This document shows positions 42,685 through 52,504 of a stretch of DNA of 64,000 nucleotides, piece by piece. The stretch is taken from contig NZ_CP157522.1 of NCBI RefSeq assembly GCF_049075655.1, forward strand, positions 1,376,001 through 1,440,000, written 5' to 3'. The translations under genes were made by a program, and so were the position numbers. Source of the DNA: Methanothermococcus sp. Ax23 (GTDB lineage Archaea; AGJL01; Methanococci; Methanococcales; Methanococcaceae). Below the pieces are notes generated by a model. It ran no database searches, had not been told where the DNA came from, and saw only the letters and a list, made by a program, of their open reading frames with translations. Position 1 is the stretch's first letter. Every line of letters starts with the position of its first letter.

Positions 42685-43530
42685 AATATCCTTTTGAATT
42701 ATCGTTATTTTCCACAGTTTTTAGAATATCCTCCCTACTAACATAATCATGCCAAACCATCGGAGTTCATCAGTAATATATCACCATTAGTTAAATCCCA
42801 TTCGTAATCATCTACTTTAAATTCATCCATGCCTCTTTTAAAATTCTTTTATCTCTTCAATTGATAATTTTCATTGTATTTTTCCGTTATAATGTTATTT
42901 AGAGTACCTATTGCCATTTCTAATGTAACTTCTCCCGAATTATGCCCTCCAACACCATATGCAACTGCCGTTTAAAACTGTTTAGTTTTTTGTGAGTATT
43001 TGTGAGTGTATGGGAGCATTTAGTTTTCGAAATGTTTATATAGTATTTTCATGCATAGTTTATAGTGTCAATCTAATCAACCCCAAGACTTTCCTAAACC
43101 TCTTTTAAACATGTTAAAACATCCAACAAATTGTCGAATTGATGGGTGGAGCTGGGGTCCCCACGACAGGGGAGGAGACCGATGACATGCTCCCAATGAA
43201 CCCAGAGGGATATAAGGTTGATGACGCCCAAGTCCAATGTGGGCATTTACTCACCAACGCTCACATTGGACAGACCCCAATATGTAAGTATTATTTATTT
43301 TTCTAATTAGAATGTTATCTTCGTTATTTTCTCTATTTCCTTTGTGGGATATGCCGTAGGCATTATCTTCCTTAAAAGCAATTTCATTACGGTCAAAAGT
43401 TTCAATAAGTTCAATTTCTGGAATTTCTATTTTAGGGTTATAGTTGATATATCTCCTTCATTGTTTGTTGTGATTTCTTCGTTGAGTATGTTGTTAGTAT
43501 CCTTAATTTCATCAATATCAAAATGTTCCT
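42685..43530 (-). pseudogene. PP2C-family Ser/Thr phosphatase pseudogene
   Basis: Fragments AYGISHKGNRENNEDNIL, YIL|AVAYGVGGHNSGEV and GDILLMNSDGL, with frameshifts, deletion and an inserted element. Confidence 0.8.
42970..43278 (+). mobile_element. ORF-less IS607-type element with omegaRNA-like 3' region
   Basis: CC/GG dinucleotide at both junctions; repeated TGTGAG motifs at the left end, inverted at the right; removal restores the PP2C frame. Confidence 0.78.
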
Positions 43531-43756
43531 ACAATAATAAAGTGGGTCAAAGAATATAAAAAAATATAAGCTTAAAGGAATTGGATGAAATCACTTCGTG
43601 ATTTCATTGCTATCCTTCGCTATCGCTCGGATACAACTGTGAGATTAGTCAGGAGAGGAATCAGATTTTCCAAATCCCTCGATATGCATAACACTGTAAT
43701 GGATTTATTAGTATATTTCTACAATAATGAGTTATAACCAAATGTTTAGCATTACT
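43525..43756 (+). pseudogene. IS1-family transposase remnant
   Basis: TIIKWVKEY and RLVRRGIRFSKSLDMHNTVMDLLVYFYNNEL*, ending AGCATTAC. Confidence 0.55.
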
Positions 43757-43761
43757 ATAAA

Positions 43762-44883
43762 TTAAGTGTTAAATACTTCGGAAGACACTTCAACAGTCTC
43801 AAAATTATCTCCATAAAGCACACATTTTATTTGAGAAGTTTCACCACGAGGGATTTTTACAACCGCCTCCGCAGAACCCCGAGCTCCTTCAACATAATCA
43901 TCCAATTCAATAACATGGTCAGGTTTCCATACATAACCATCCCCCTTACTTAATGCCAATGCACATATATACAATTTAGGATTTTTAGCAGTCCCTGAAC
44001 CAATATTTTCAATATCGCAATGCACTTTGTAGTAGATATAGGAGGCATCATAACTTATATAATTTGCAGAGAATGAGAGCTCCATCTTAGGAATTTGAAT
44101 CATTGGGCGAATTATTGCATTTGTGTTTTTATACTCATCAGGTATCTCTCCAATATTCCAGCCAGTATCGGTTGTTTCTAAATAATAGTATCTATTGCCG
44201 TTATATTCGTAGTAGCTTCCGTATATTCCATCTCCTCCTTTGATGCCTACTGCCATATGATTTGGGAGCTCTATTAATACCACATCATATCCCATCTCTT
44301 TTAATAATGATGCTGTAAGTATTGCAGTATCTTCACAATCCCCACCATCATCTACGAGAGTTTCTATTGGATAACGAGGATATTCATCGTATCCTGTGGT
44401 TGTGCTGTCCGAAGTATATTTCAGTGATTGAACAAAGGATACCACAAACATTACAGTGTCATAGTCAGAGTATCCTTTTTCAGCAGAAACCTCTTTGAAT
44501 TTTTGAATTATCGAGTCTAAATATGGCTTATCGTAATCTGATAGTGCATATTGGGCATAGTTTTCTTCCCTGTTGTGAGGTTTATTTTTATAATAGTTGT
44601 AGAGCTCCTTAGGAATTTTCAAATCCCATGTCCATAAATTCCCTTTATATTTCCATTCATAGTGTCTGATATAATATTTATTGGAATTTGATGTTTTATA
44701 GCTGTCATTGGCGTCGTTGATTGTATTAGCAATATTATTGTCTTTGGCATAATTATATTCGTTGTTATTGTTGGCATCAATATTGTAACCATTATATTCT
44801 CCCGCCCCCAAGTTGTCATAGGGACTTATGCACCCAGAAAAACACAGGCATATTATTAACCCGATTAGTGCATAATTCCTCAT
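43762..44883 (-). CDS. Lipoprotein with transglutaminase-like domain
   Basis: Lipobox FSGC; YP.ETL...GDCED, H.AVG, YLETT. Confidence 0.82.
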   Translation of the reverse strand: MRNYALIGLIICLCFSGCISPYDNLGAGEYNGYNIDANNNNEYNYAKDNNIANTINDANDSYKTSNSNKYYIRHYEWKYKGNLWTWDLKIPKELYNYYKNKPHNREENYAQYALSDYDKPYLDSIIQKFKEVSAEKGYSDYDTVMFVVSFVQSLKYTSDSTTTGYDEYPRYPIETLVDDGGDCEDTAILTASLLKEMGYDVVLIELPNHMAVGIKGGDGIYGSYYEYNGNRYYYLETTDTGWNIGEIPDEYKNTNAIIRPMIQIPKMELSFSANYISYDASYIYYKVHCDIENIGSGTAKNPKLYICALALSKGDGYVWKPDHVIELDDYVEGARGSAEAVVKIPRGETSQIKCVLYGDNFETVEVSSEVFNT

Positions 44884-44884
44884 A

Positions 44885-46084
44885 TTATCCTCCCTTAAAG
44901 AATTTTTTAAATAAATCTTTTAAAATGGTTGAAGGATTATCCATGTCTCCTTTTTCGTTTATATATTCTGTAAAATTATTTTTTATGATAAATTCTAAAA
45001 GTTTATCAATTTTTTTATCATCCATTTTTTTTATTATGCTTCTAAATTTCAGTCCAAAATCAATTTCACTTCCAATATTTTTTTTCCAAAGGAGCTCATA
45101 ATTTTTTAAATAATTTAAATCATAACCATTTGTTAAATATTCATCTACAATTTTTCCACAGATTTTGGCACATTTTGCTCCATAATACAACCCCCCGCCA
45201 CTTAAAGGTTTAACCTGCCCTGCGGCATCACCCACAAGCATTAGATTGTTTTTTACAGTAGTTTTTAGGTAGCCCATTGGAAGTGTCCCAACTGAAAATT
45301 CTACGGGAACTGCATTTTTTAATATTTTGGAAGCTATCGGATGTTCGTTTATAAAATTTAAAAGTTTATTGTATGAGTTTGAGCTATCACAGAGTCCAAC
45401 TCTTACTCTATCCTTTCCCATGGGAATTATCCATATAAAGAAATCCTTACAAAAAGTTCTATCAAAAAAGACATGAACAAAGTCATCATCAATATCCACA
45501 TTAACCATTTCTATCTGAGCTCCGGACAATACCTCCCTCTTCATCGAAAGACCTGCGGATTTTCCAATGCCTGACCTTGCACCATCTGCGCCGATTATAA
45601 TCTCTGGATGAAGTTCGTAGCTCTCCCCAAGATGATTGATAGATATGCCGTATTTTAAATCTTCCGAGTTTTTCAAAAAATTCAACCTGTCGAAACTTAA
45701 TAAATTCTTTTTTTTATTTAAATTATCATTTATTAATCTACCATATGCCTTTAATAAAAAATCAGCTTTTTTTGATGCCCTTGTAGCTATATCTTTATCC
45801 ATTACTTTCCTTTCAAATACATATGCCCTAATTTCTTCATTTCCAATTTTTATAGTGTTATTTTTTGAATGAATATAGGCTCCCCTCACTTTATTTACAC
45901 AACCTTTGGGATTGCCGAGCTCCTTCACACCTTTTTTACTTATCAATCCTGCACACTGCAACGGAGCTCCTATTGCCTGATGTTCTTCAATAATCAAAAC
46001 TTTATGATGTTTTATATGTTCCCCTGTAATGCATCCAGCAGGACCTCCACCTACTATAATTACATCGTATTTTTCAAAATCCAT
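44885..46084 (-). CDS. Geranylgeranyl reductase family protein
   Basis: GGGPAG, CAG, WI.P, VGDAAGQV.PL.GGG. Confidence 0.88.
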   Translation of the reverse strand: MDFEKYDVIIVGGGPAGCITGEHIKHHKVLIIEEHQAIGAPLQCAGLISKKGVKELGNPKGCVNKVRGAYIHSKNNTIKIGNEEIRAYVFERKVMDKDIATRASKKADFLLKAYGRLINDNLNKKKNLLSFDRLNFLKNSEDLKYGISINHLGESYELHPEIIIGADGARSGIGKSAGLSMKREVLSGAQIEMVNVDIDDDFVHVFFDRTFCKDFFIWIIPMGKDRVRVGLCDSSNSYNKLLNFINEHPIASKILKNAVPVEFSVGTLPMGYLKTTVKNNLMLVGDAAGQVKPLSGGGLYYGAKCAKICGKIVDEYLTNGYDLNYLKNYELLWKKNIGSEIDFGLKFRSIIKKMDDKKIDKLLEFIIKNNFTEYINEKGDMDNPSTILKDLFKKFFKGG

Positions 46085-46251
46085 ATATTTCCCCTTAAAA
46101 TAGTAGATAAGATTATTAATATTATTTTAGATAAAATATTTATTTATTATAAAATACCATATGACAAATATATAATATAATTTTTAATATATTTATTCTA
46201 ATACATAATAAATATAATTCTTTTAAATATAAAAAGTGAAATCGTGAAAAT

Positions 46252-46413
46252 ATGATTGTGTTAGATAAATGTGTTGGATGTGGCGAATGTGTTCCCTTCT
46301 GCCCATTTGAAGCGATTACTACATATGGGAGAGCTATTGTTGATGAAGAGAAATGCACAGAGTGTGGAGTTTGTGCCAATTACTGCCCTATTGATGCAAT
46401 TATAGTAAAATAA
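46252..46413 (+). CDS. 2x[4Fe-4S] ferredoxin, 53 aa (absent from ORF track)
   Basis: MIVLDKCVGCGECVPFCPFEAI...KCTECGVCANYCPIDAIIVK*. Confidence 0.93.
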   Translation: MIVLDKCVGCGECVPFCPFEAITTYGRAIVDEEKCTECGVCANYCPIDAIIVK

Positions 46414-46485
46414 AAAATAATAAAATAATAAATAAAAAGATAAAAAAGATAAATAGTAATAAATAATAAAACATAATGTGAAAAA

Positions 46486-47493
46486 ATGATAATCATACCG
46501 AGATACATAGTTATTGAAGAGAATGGAATTGAGATATTATATGATATACTTTCAAAACTTAATTTAAAAAATCCTCTTGTAATTGCAGGTAAAAAAACCA
46601 AAAAATATACTCCCGATTTTGATTATATGTATTACTCGGATGTCGATTTAGATGATATACCATCTATTAAAAAACTTACAAAGGATTACGATTCTATAAT
46701 TGGTGTTGGTGGTGGAAAGTCCATAGATATTGGAAAATATATAGCACATCATTCAAAAAAGCCTTTTATATCTATACCTACCACGGCATCAAATGATGGT
46801 ATAGCATCACCAATTATATCACTAAAACAGCCTTCAATTATGGCAGAATCTCCAATCGCTATAATTGCAGATATAACCACCATAAAAAAATCCCCTAAAA
46901 GACTTTTAAATGCTGGATTGGGGGATGTTGTTTCAAATATTACTGCGGTATTAGATTGGAATCTTGCCCATAAAGAAGTTGGTGAAGAATACAGCGAGAG
47001 CTCGGCAATATTCTCAAAAACAATAGCCAAGGAATTAATAGATTATGTGTTAAATGAGCCCGATATTCATGAATATTCAAAAAAACTTGTTAAGGCACTT
47101 ATTGGAAGCGGAATTACAATAGCAATAGCAGGTTCTACAAGACCAGCCTCTGGAAGTGAGCATCTTTTCTCCCATGCACTTGATTATTTAAAAACAAAAT
47201 ATGATTTAAAAGTAAATAGCCTCCACGGAGAGCAATGCGGTGTAGGAACAATTATTTCATCATATATGCACTACAATGAAGGAAATTTAAATAAAGAAGA
47301 TATGGAACATATAAAATTATCCCTTAAAAAGATAAATGCCCCAACCACTGGGAAGGAGCTCGGTTTTGATGACGATATTTTAATAGAGGCTTTGACAATA
47401 GCACATAATATTAGAAATCGATACACCATATTAAGAAAGGGAATATCAAAAGATAAGGCAGAGACAATATTAAAAGAGACGGAAATAATATAA
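46486..47493 (+). CDS. egsA: sn-glycerol-1-phosphate dehydrogenase
   Basis: [36 protein letters not shown]. Confidence 0.95.
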   Translation: MIIIPRYIVIEENGIEILYDILSKLNLKNPLVIAGKKTKKYTPDFDYMYYSDVDLDDIPSIKKLTKDYDSIIGVGGGKSIDIGKYIAHHSKKPFISIPTTASNDGIASPIISLKQPSIMAESPIAIIADITTIKKSPKRLLNAGLGDVVSNITAVLDWNLAHKEVGEEYSESSAIFSKTIAKELIDYVLNEPDIHEYSKKLVKALIGSGITIAIAGSTRPASGSEHLFSHALDYLKTKYDLKVNSLHGEQCGVGTIISSYMHYNEGNLNKEDMEHIKLSLKKINAPTTGKELGFDDDILIEALTIAHNIRNRYTILRKGISKDKAETILKETEII

Positions 47494-47540
47494 AATAAAA
47501 TTCACCATAAGATAAGATATAATAATATGATAAAAAGAGT

Positions 47541-47915
47541 CTGACCTACTCCAACGAGTGAACTCGTTGGGTTCTCGCTTACGGTAGTAAGCGAGCAACG
47601 AAATCATGAAGTGATTTCGTCTAATTTTAGTAGGGTTTAACCCTACACGGGTGGCCAAACCCACTACCCCTATCCCCGTTTAGGAGATTCAGGGCTACCT
47701 TTTGAACTTCCAAACACTACCAGCGGTAGAGTTTTCGATAACCCTACCCATAGATACTTGGACTGGTAGCGTTACTTACTACTAATCTTCACATATTTAT
47801 ATTTTACTACTTACTAGCCGATATAATGTCCGCCTCTCATCCAATCTCGTAAGAGATTTTACAAAACTATGTTTTGTATAACGATTAAAATCGTTGGCTT
47901 TCTCGGCGGTTTATC
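47541..47915 (-). mobile_element. Second copy of the ORF-less IS200/IS605-derived element, with inserted mini-hairpins
   Basis: Colinear with 42402-42684; same TTAC target and TCAG end. Confidence 0.85.
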
Positions 47916-47943
47916 GTAAATTGCACTATTTTATAATTTTAAA

Positions 47944-48180
47944 ATATCTCCCAACATTAACACCATATCTTCATCCTTGGCAGACGCCATGTCCGATGGC
48001 TAACCCATGTTGGGAGTGATATAGGATTTTTGCTGTATCGTGCTCATCCTAAGGGAGCTCTCCCTATCACACGACTCGCCCAAAAATCCATTTTAAAAAA
48101 ATATACCTTCAATTTCGAACCCGCTATCATTGCAAGGTCACCCATGAGCTCCATGTAGGTCGGTTTATTGAAGGTATATT
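47944..48180 (-). ncRNA. Three-hairpin box H/ACA guide RNA
   Basis: Three stem-pocket-stem units with K-turn-like GA/AUGA motifs, each followed by an AUA box ~14 nt from the pocket; pockets complementary to conserved 23S rRNA; upstream TATA, downstream U-run. Confidence 0.8.
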
Positions 48181-48255
48181 ATAATATATTAATCTAGTAT
48201 ATATATTTTTGTATGTAATTTTTGTATGGTTATTTTAGAAAAAAATTTTTTTTAT

Positions 48256-49745
48256 CTAATGTCGGCGGAAAGACCCCTTCCGTCTTAAAAACCTACGGTT
48301 TTTAAAATCACCGAACGAAGTGAGGTGAGCTACAAAAATCGCTAGATTTTTGTTTAATCTCCTCGCTACGCTCGAAGATAAGGGCGGGGATGAGAGCCGA
48401 CAGAAAAATACAAATATCATAATCTATAATATTATATATATAATATAATTGGTGATATAATGTATCTTACTCAAAAAAATCACTTACGAGGTGATAAAAA
48501 AACATACAAAATATTAAAAATATTAACGAGATTATCAAAAAATCTATATAATTACACATTATACACAGTTAGACAGTATTTTGAATTAAATAATCAATTT
48601 CTAAATTATGAAAGTGCATATCATCACATAAAAGAAAATGAAAATTATAAATTATTGCCATCACAAGTGGCACAACAAACAATGAAAATAGTAGATAGAA
48701 GTTTCAAATCATTCTTCAGATTAATACAAGAAAGACAAAAAGGAAATTACAACAGACCAATAAAAATGCCTTATTACTTACCAAAAAATGGTTATTTCGT
48801 GATAATATTTCCAAAAAATATGTTCAAAATCATTAATAATAAAATAAGATTATCATTAGGTAGAAACTTCAAGAAAGAATGTGGAATTCAATATTTAGAA
48901 TTCCAACTTCCTAAAAACATTATTGGAAAGAAAATTAAAGAAGTAAGAATAATCCCAAAATATAATGGTTTATGGTTTGAGATTGAGTATGTTTATGAAG
49001 TTGAATCAATTGATTTGAAATTAGATAAAAATAATTACTTATCAATTGATTTAGGATTGGATAATTTTGCTACTTGTTTCTCAACCACCAGTAGGACTCC
49101 CTTCATTATTGAAGGTCGAGATATTAAATCATTCAACTGCTGGTGGAATAAAAGAAAAGCAGAGTTGCAATCAATCTATGATAAACAAGGAATTAAGTTT
49201 GGTAAAAAAATGACTTACTTACTGAATAAAAGAAAAAATGTAATAAACAATTTTATGAACCAATCAGTAAATTATATTATTAAATATTGTATCAAAAATA
49301 ATATTGGTAGGGTAGTAATTGGTGAATTGAAGGAAATAAAACAAAACATAAATCTTGGTAAGAATAACAATAGGAATTTTGTTTTAATTCCTTATGGATT
49401 ATTCAAACAAAAATTGCAATCAAAATGTAAATTATTTGGTATTGATTATATTGAAGTTGATGAGGCTTACACTTCAAAATGTGATGCATTGGCATTAGAA
49501 CCAATTAAAAAACATAAAAAATATTTAGGTAATAGAATTAAAAGAGGATTATTTCAATCATCAATTGGCAAATTAATCAATGCTGATGTTAATGGTGCTA
49601 TTAATATACTACGAAAGATAGCTGGGGATTCCCTTGTTAAAGGGATACTCAGTAATGGGCTCGTGAATAGTCCTGTAAGGGTGAGAGTTGTATAACTCGA
49701 TGACATACCTTACGAAGCCCCTCCCATAAGGGAGGAGTAATTCAC
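48256..49745 (+). mobile_element. IS200/IS605 family, IS1341-type (tnpB only)
   Basis: Follows TTAT; left-end stem GTCGGC...GCCGAC; right-end GAAG plus hairpin CTCCC-ATAA-GGGAG then TCAC. Confidence 0.88.
48460..49695 (+). CDS. tnpB: RNA-guided nuclease TnpB
   Basis: RuvC D/E/D residues in SIDLG, VIGEL, NADVNGA; EAYTSK; degenerate Zn finger. Confidence 0.93.
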   Translation: MYLTQKNHLRGDKKTYKILKILTRLSKNLYNYTLYTVRQYFELNNQFLNYESAYHHIKENENYKLLPSQVAQQTMKIVDRSFKSFFRLIQERQKGNYNRPIKMPYYLPKNGYFVIIFPKNMFKIINNKIRLSLGRNFKKECGIQYLEFQLPKNIIGKKIKEVRIIPKYNGLWFEIEYVYEVESIDLKLDKNNYLSIDLGLDNFATCFSTTSRTPFIIEGRDIKSFNCWWNKRKAELQSIYDKQGIKFGKKMTYLLNKRKNVINNFMNQSVNYIIKYCIKNNIGRVVIGELKEIKQNINLGKNNNRNFVLIPYGLFKQKLQSKCKLFGIDYIEVDEAYTSKCDALALEPIKKHKKYLGNRIKRGLFQSSIGKLINADVNGAINILRKIAGDSLVKGILSNGLVNSPVRVRVV

Positions 49746-50662
49746 TTAACATTTAACATGTATTCAATAGCTTTTTTCGCTTTTTCTATTACTTCATCAT
49801 CCAAGGTAATTTCATATTTTTCTTCAATTAAACATTTTTCAACTTTTTCAAGGGTCATCTGTTTCATAGGGTCACAGATGGCATCCTTTCTAAGTGGTAT
49901 CAATTTTTTTGTTTTTCCAACTTTTTCAAGTTCAATTTTTAACCTTGTTATCATGTCACATTCTGTTCCAATAATGAACTCTTCCTTATCGGAGCTCAGG
50001 ACATGTCTAAGTATTCCCCCTGTGCTAAGAACATAATCTGCCAAATCTTGAACCTCTGGATTACATTCAGGATGCACTAAAACATCAGCATTAGGGTATT
50101 GTTTTTTAATATTAATCACATCATCAGCGGTGAATTTCTTATGAACATAGCAGTGCCCATCCTCAGGCATACCGATTATTTTTTTATCGGTTTTTTTGCT
50201 CACATAATATCCAAGATTTTGGTCTGGTCCAAATAATATCTCGTTTTCTTCAAATGAATTTACAATCTTATCTGCATTTGCTGATGTGCAGGTTGCATCT
50301 GCAAGTGCCTTTGCCGAAGCAAGGGTATTTACATATATAACAACTTTCGCATCAGGATGCCCCTTTTTAGCATTTTCTATTACTTCAGGTGGAAGCTGAT
50401 GAGCCATAGGGCATTCTGTATCCTTTATTTCAGGCATCAAAACTTTTTTGTCTTTATTAAGTATTTTTGCAGTTTCTGCCATAAAATCTACGCCGCAGAA
50501 CAAAATAATATCTGCATCAGTTTCCTTTGCTTTTATACATAATTCCAATGAATCTCCTATGAAATCAGCTATCCTTTGAATTTCTTCTGGCTGGTAATTA
50601 TGTGCCAATATTATCGCATTTTTCTCTTTTTTTAACTTATTTATTCTTTCTACTATCTCCAT
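49742..50662 (-). CDS. nadA: Quinolinate synthase
   Basis: AHNYQ, GDSL, CGV.FM, C.MA, HPEC, C..M. Confidence 0.96.
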   Translation of the reverse strand: MEIVERINKLKKEKNAIILAHNYQPEEIQRIADFIGDSLELCIKAKETDADIILFCGVDFMAETAKILNKDKKVLMPEIKDTECPMAHQLPPEVIENAKKGHPDAKVVIYVNTLASAKALADATCTSANADKIVNSFEENEILFGPDQNLGYYVSKKTDKKIIGMPEDGHCYVHKKFTADDVINIKKQYPNADVLVHPECNPEVQDLADYVLSTGGILRHVLSSDKEEFIIGTECDMITRLKIELEKVGKTKKLIPLRKDAICDPMKQMTLEKVEKCLIEEKYEITLDDEVIEKAKKAIEYMLNVK

Positions 50663-50788
50663 AATATCTCCTATTTTTTGGTATTTAATTATGGTTTATA
50701 TTATTGTAAAATTTAATTAAAATAATTTACTATAATATTAATTTAATATAATATTATAAAAATAAAAACTCAATATATATTTATAGTA

Positions 50789-51403
50789 TTATATTTTATT
50801 TAAAACTTTTAAACATTCAATTACCATTTTTTTGGATATCTCATCAAGAGTATATGGTGTTATAGGTTCGCCATCTCTTATAAATCTCCCAGTTCCAACA
50901 ACGATATGCCCTTCTTCTTTGATATTCATATACTGAACTGGTCCATTTGCATATTTTGCATCGGAAACCTTAACTTTTTCGTCAATTCCAAAAACTCCAT
51001 TAGTTCCTATGGTTTTTATACCGTTCTTTGCACAGTATTCTATTATCCCATTTCTTATGGGGGCTGTATCGCCACCTGCAATACATATAATAGCAACATC
51101 TCCTTTAATCAAATCAAGATTATCTAATGTTATGTTTTCAGTAATTCCAACAACTTTATCGCTGAAAAACCTCTCTGCAAATTTAACCTTGTATTCTCCG
51201 ATTTCTCCGCCAAACTTCCTGTGGATTATGTCATTTTTATCAATTTTTGCATTATCGAATAAATATATTTTCTGAGCTCCGCCTCTATGAACTTCAAGTA
51301 AATCCATTACAACGCGAATTCCTAATCTTCCACATCCGATTACTGAAACATTTCCTTTTGGAATAAGTTTTTTTTCTAAATCATTTACATTTTCAATTTC
51401 CAT
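50789..51403 (-). CDS. hcgE: FeGP-cofactor biosynthesis E1-like protein HcgE
   Basis: GCGRLG, HRGG, IAGGDT, GVFG, GTG..IRD.EP.TP. Confidence 0.8.
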   Translation of the reverse strand: MEIENVNDLEKKLIPKGNVSVIGCGRLGIRVVMDLLEVHRGGAQKIYLFDNAKIDKNDIIHRKFGGEIGEYKVKFAERFFSDKVVGITENITLDNLDLIKGDVAIICIAGGDTAPIRNGIIEYCAKNGIKTIGTNGVFGIDEKVKVSDAKYANGPVQYMNIKEEGHIVVGTGRFIRDGEPITPYTLDEISKKMVIECLKVLNKI

Positions 51404-51466
51404 TATTTCGACCTGAATTAATTCTATTTATTATCTATTCTTCAATTATTTATTTTTATTTTATTA

Positions 51467-52489
51467 TCATTCTTCATTGAAATTATACTCAAATGCCTTT
51501 AAAAGACCCACGCATCCAGTAATCATCACATCTCCACCGGGATAGGCATATTTTCCATATTCTTTAAACAAACTTCTATTTGGTCCTGCAATTAATATAT
51601 CCTCAGGATTTATTTTATCAACAACTGTGGCACCATGCCCCCTATCGTTGAATATTTCTTCATTTGTTAAAAGTCCATTTGAAAGTTTATTAACAATCTT
51701 TTTTAATTTTTCAGGAGTTAATAATCTCGTGTGGTGTTCAAATATTCCCTTTATTTCGCCGTCTTTTATAGAAACTCCCAATGTATGGCCATTCCCAATG
51801 TCAAGACCTACAAACTCATTTATGCCGTTTTCATTTGCATAGTCCAGTATTCCACATATGGATGCTACCTTACTATCCATTACAAATCCATTGTAGTTAT
51901 TTTCATTTAACATTTCCAATATGCTGTTGAATCTTGAAAATGCATTACAGTCGTTATACTTCAATATAAATTCATACGGATTTGCAGTTTTTTTCAGTAG
52001 TTCCTCAAAGTATTTAAATCTTGTAATTCTGTCACTTTGCCCCTTCACAAAACCGTGGTCTTGGCAGGCAACACACACAAAATCAGGTTTGAATTCTTCT
52101 CCAAAAGTATTAAAAATATTTTTAAGCATATCAAAATCCAAATCTCCAAATATTACATTTGGATTGTCTATTTCATCCTTTAAAATTATTCCCCTTTTAG
52201 CCACTTCCTCCAAATCATCCCTAATGGTTTTTGCCGCATTTTTGGAGATTTCAACCTTAAATCCTTTTTGAATATGGTCATCAATTGCTTTATTTACTGG
52301 ACCTCCGCCCATTATTTTTCCATCTATTCTTAAATCTTCATTCATATTTCTTATTTTATTGGCAATTATGCTTGTTGGTGATGGAAGTATAAGCTTTACG
52401 GCATTTTCTATATTGTTTTTGTTTTTTTCGGTGTTGAAATATAATATATCCTGAGTTCCCTTTCCAATGTCTATACATAAAATATTCAT
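51467..52489 (-). CDS. DUF1786-like actin-fold protein
   Basis: DIG.GTQD, MGGGP, QDHG, GNGHT, FEHHT, M.TGC.G. Confidence 0.75.
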   Translation of the reverse strand: MNILCIDIGKGTQDILYFNTEKNKNNIENAVKLILPSPTSIIANKIRNMNEDLRIDGKIMGGGPVNKAIDDHIQKGFKVEISKNAAKTIRDDLEEVAKRGIILKDEIDNPNVIFGDLDFDMLKNIFNTFGEEFKPDFVCVACQDHGFVKGQSDRITRFKYFEELLKKTANPYEFILKYNDCNAFSRFNSILEMLNENNYNGFVMDSKVASICGILDYANENGINEFVGLDIGNGHTLGVSIKDGEIKGIFEHHTRLLTPEKLKKIVNKLSNGLLTNEEIFNDRGHGATVVDKINPEDILIAGPNRSLFKEYGKYAYPGGDVMITGCVGLLKAFEYNFNEE

Positions 52490-52504
52490 AATATCCCTCT
52501 TATT

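Noticed and set aside
47470-47664. 64-aa ORF overlapping the IS605-derived element
   Set aside because: Translation of structured non-coding DNA; not conserved in the other copy.
42293-48400. Repeated hairpins considered as a CRISPR or TIGR array
   Set aside because: No regularly spaced identical repeats with unique spacers and no cas or Nop-domain gene; better explained as IS ends, mini-hairpins and an H/ACA RNA.
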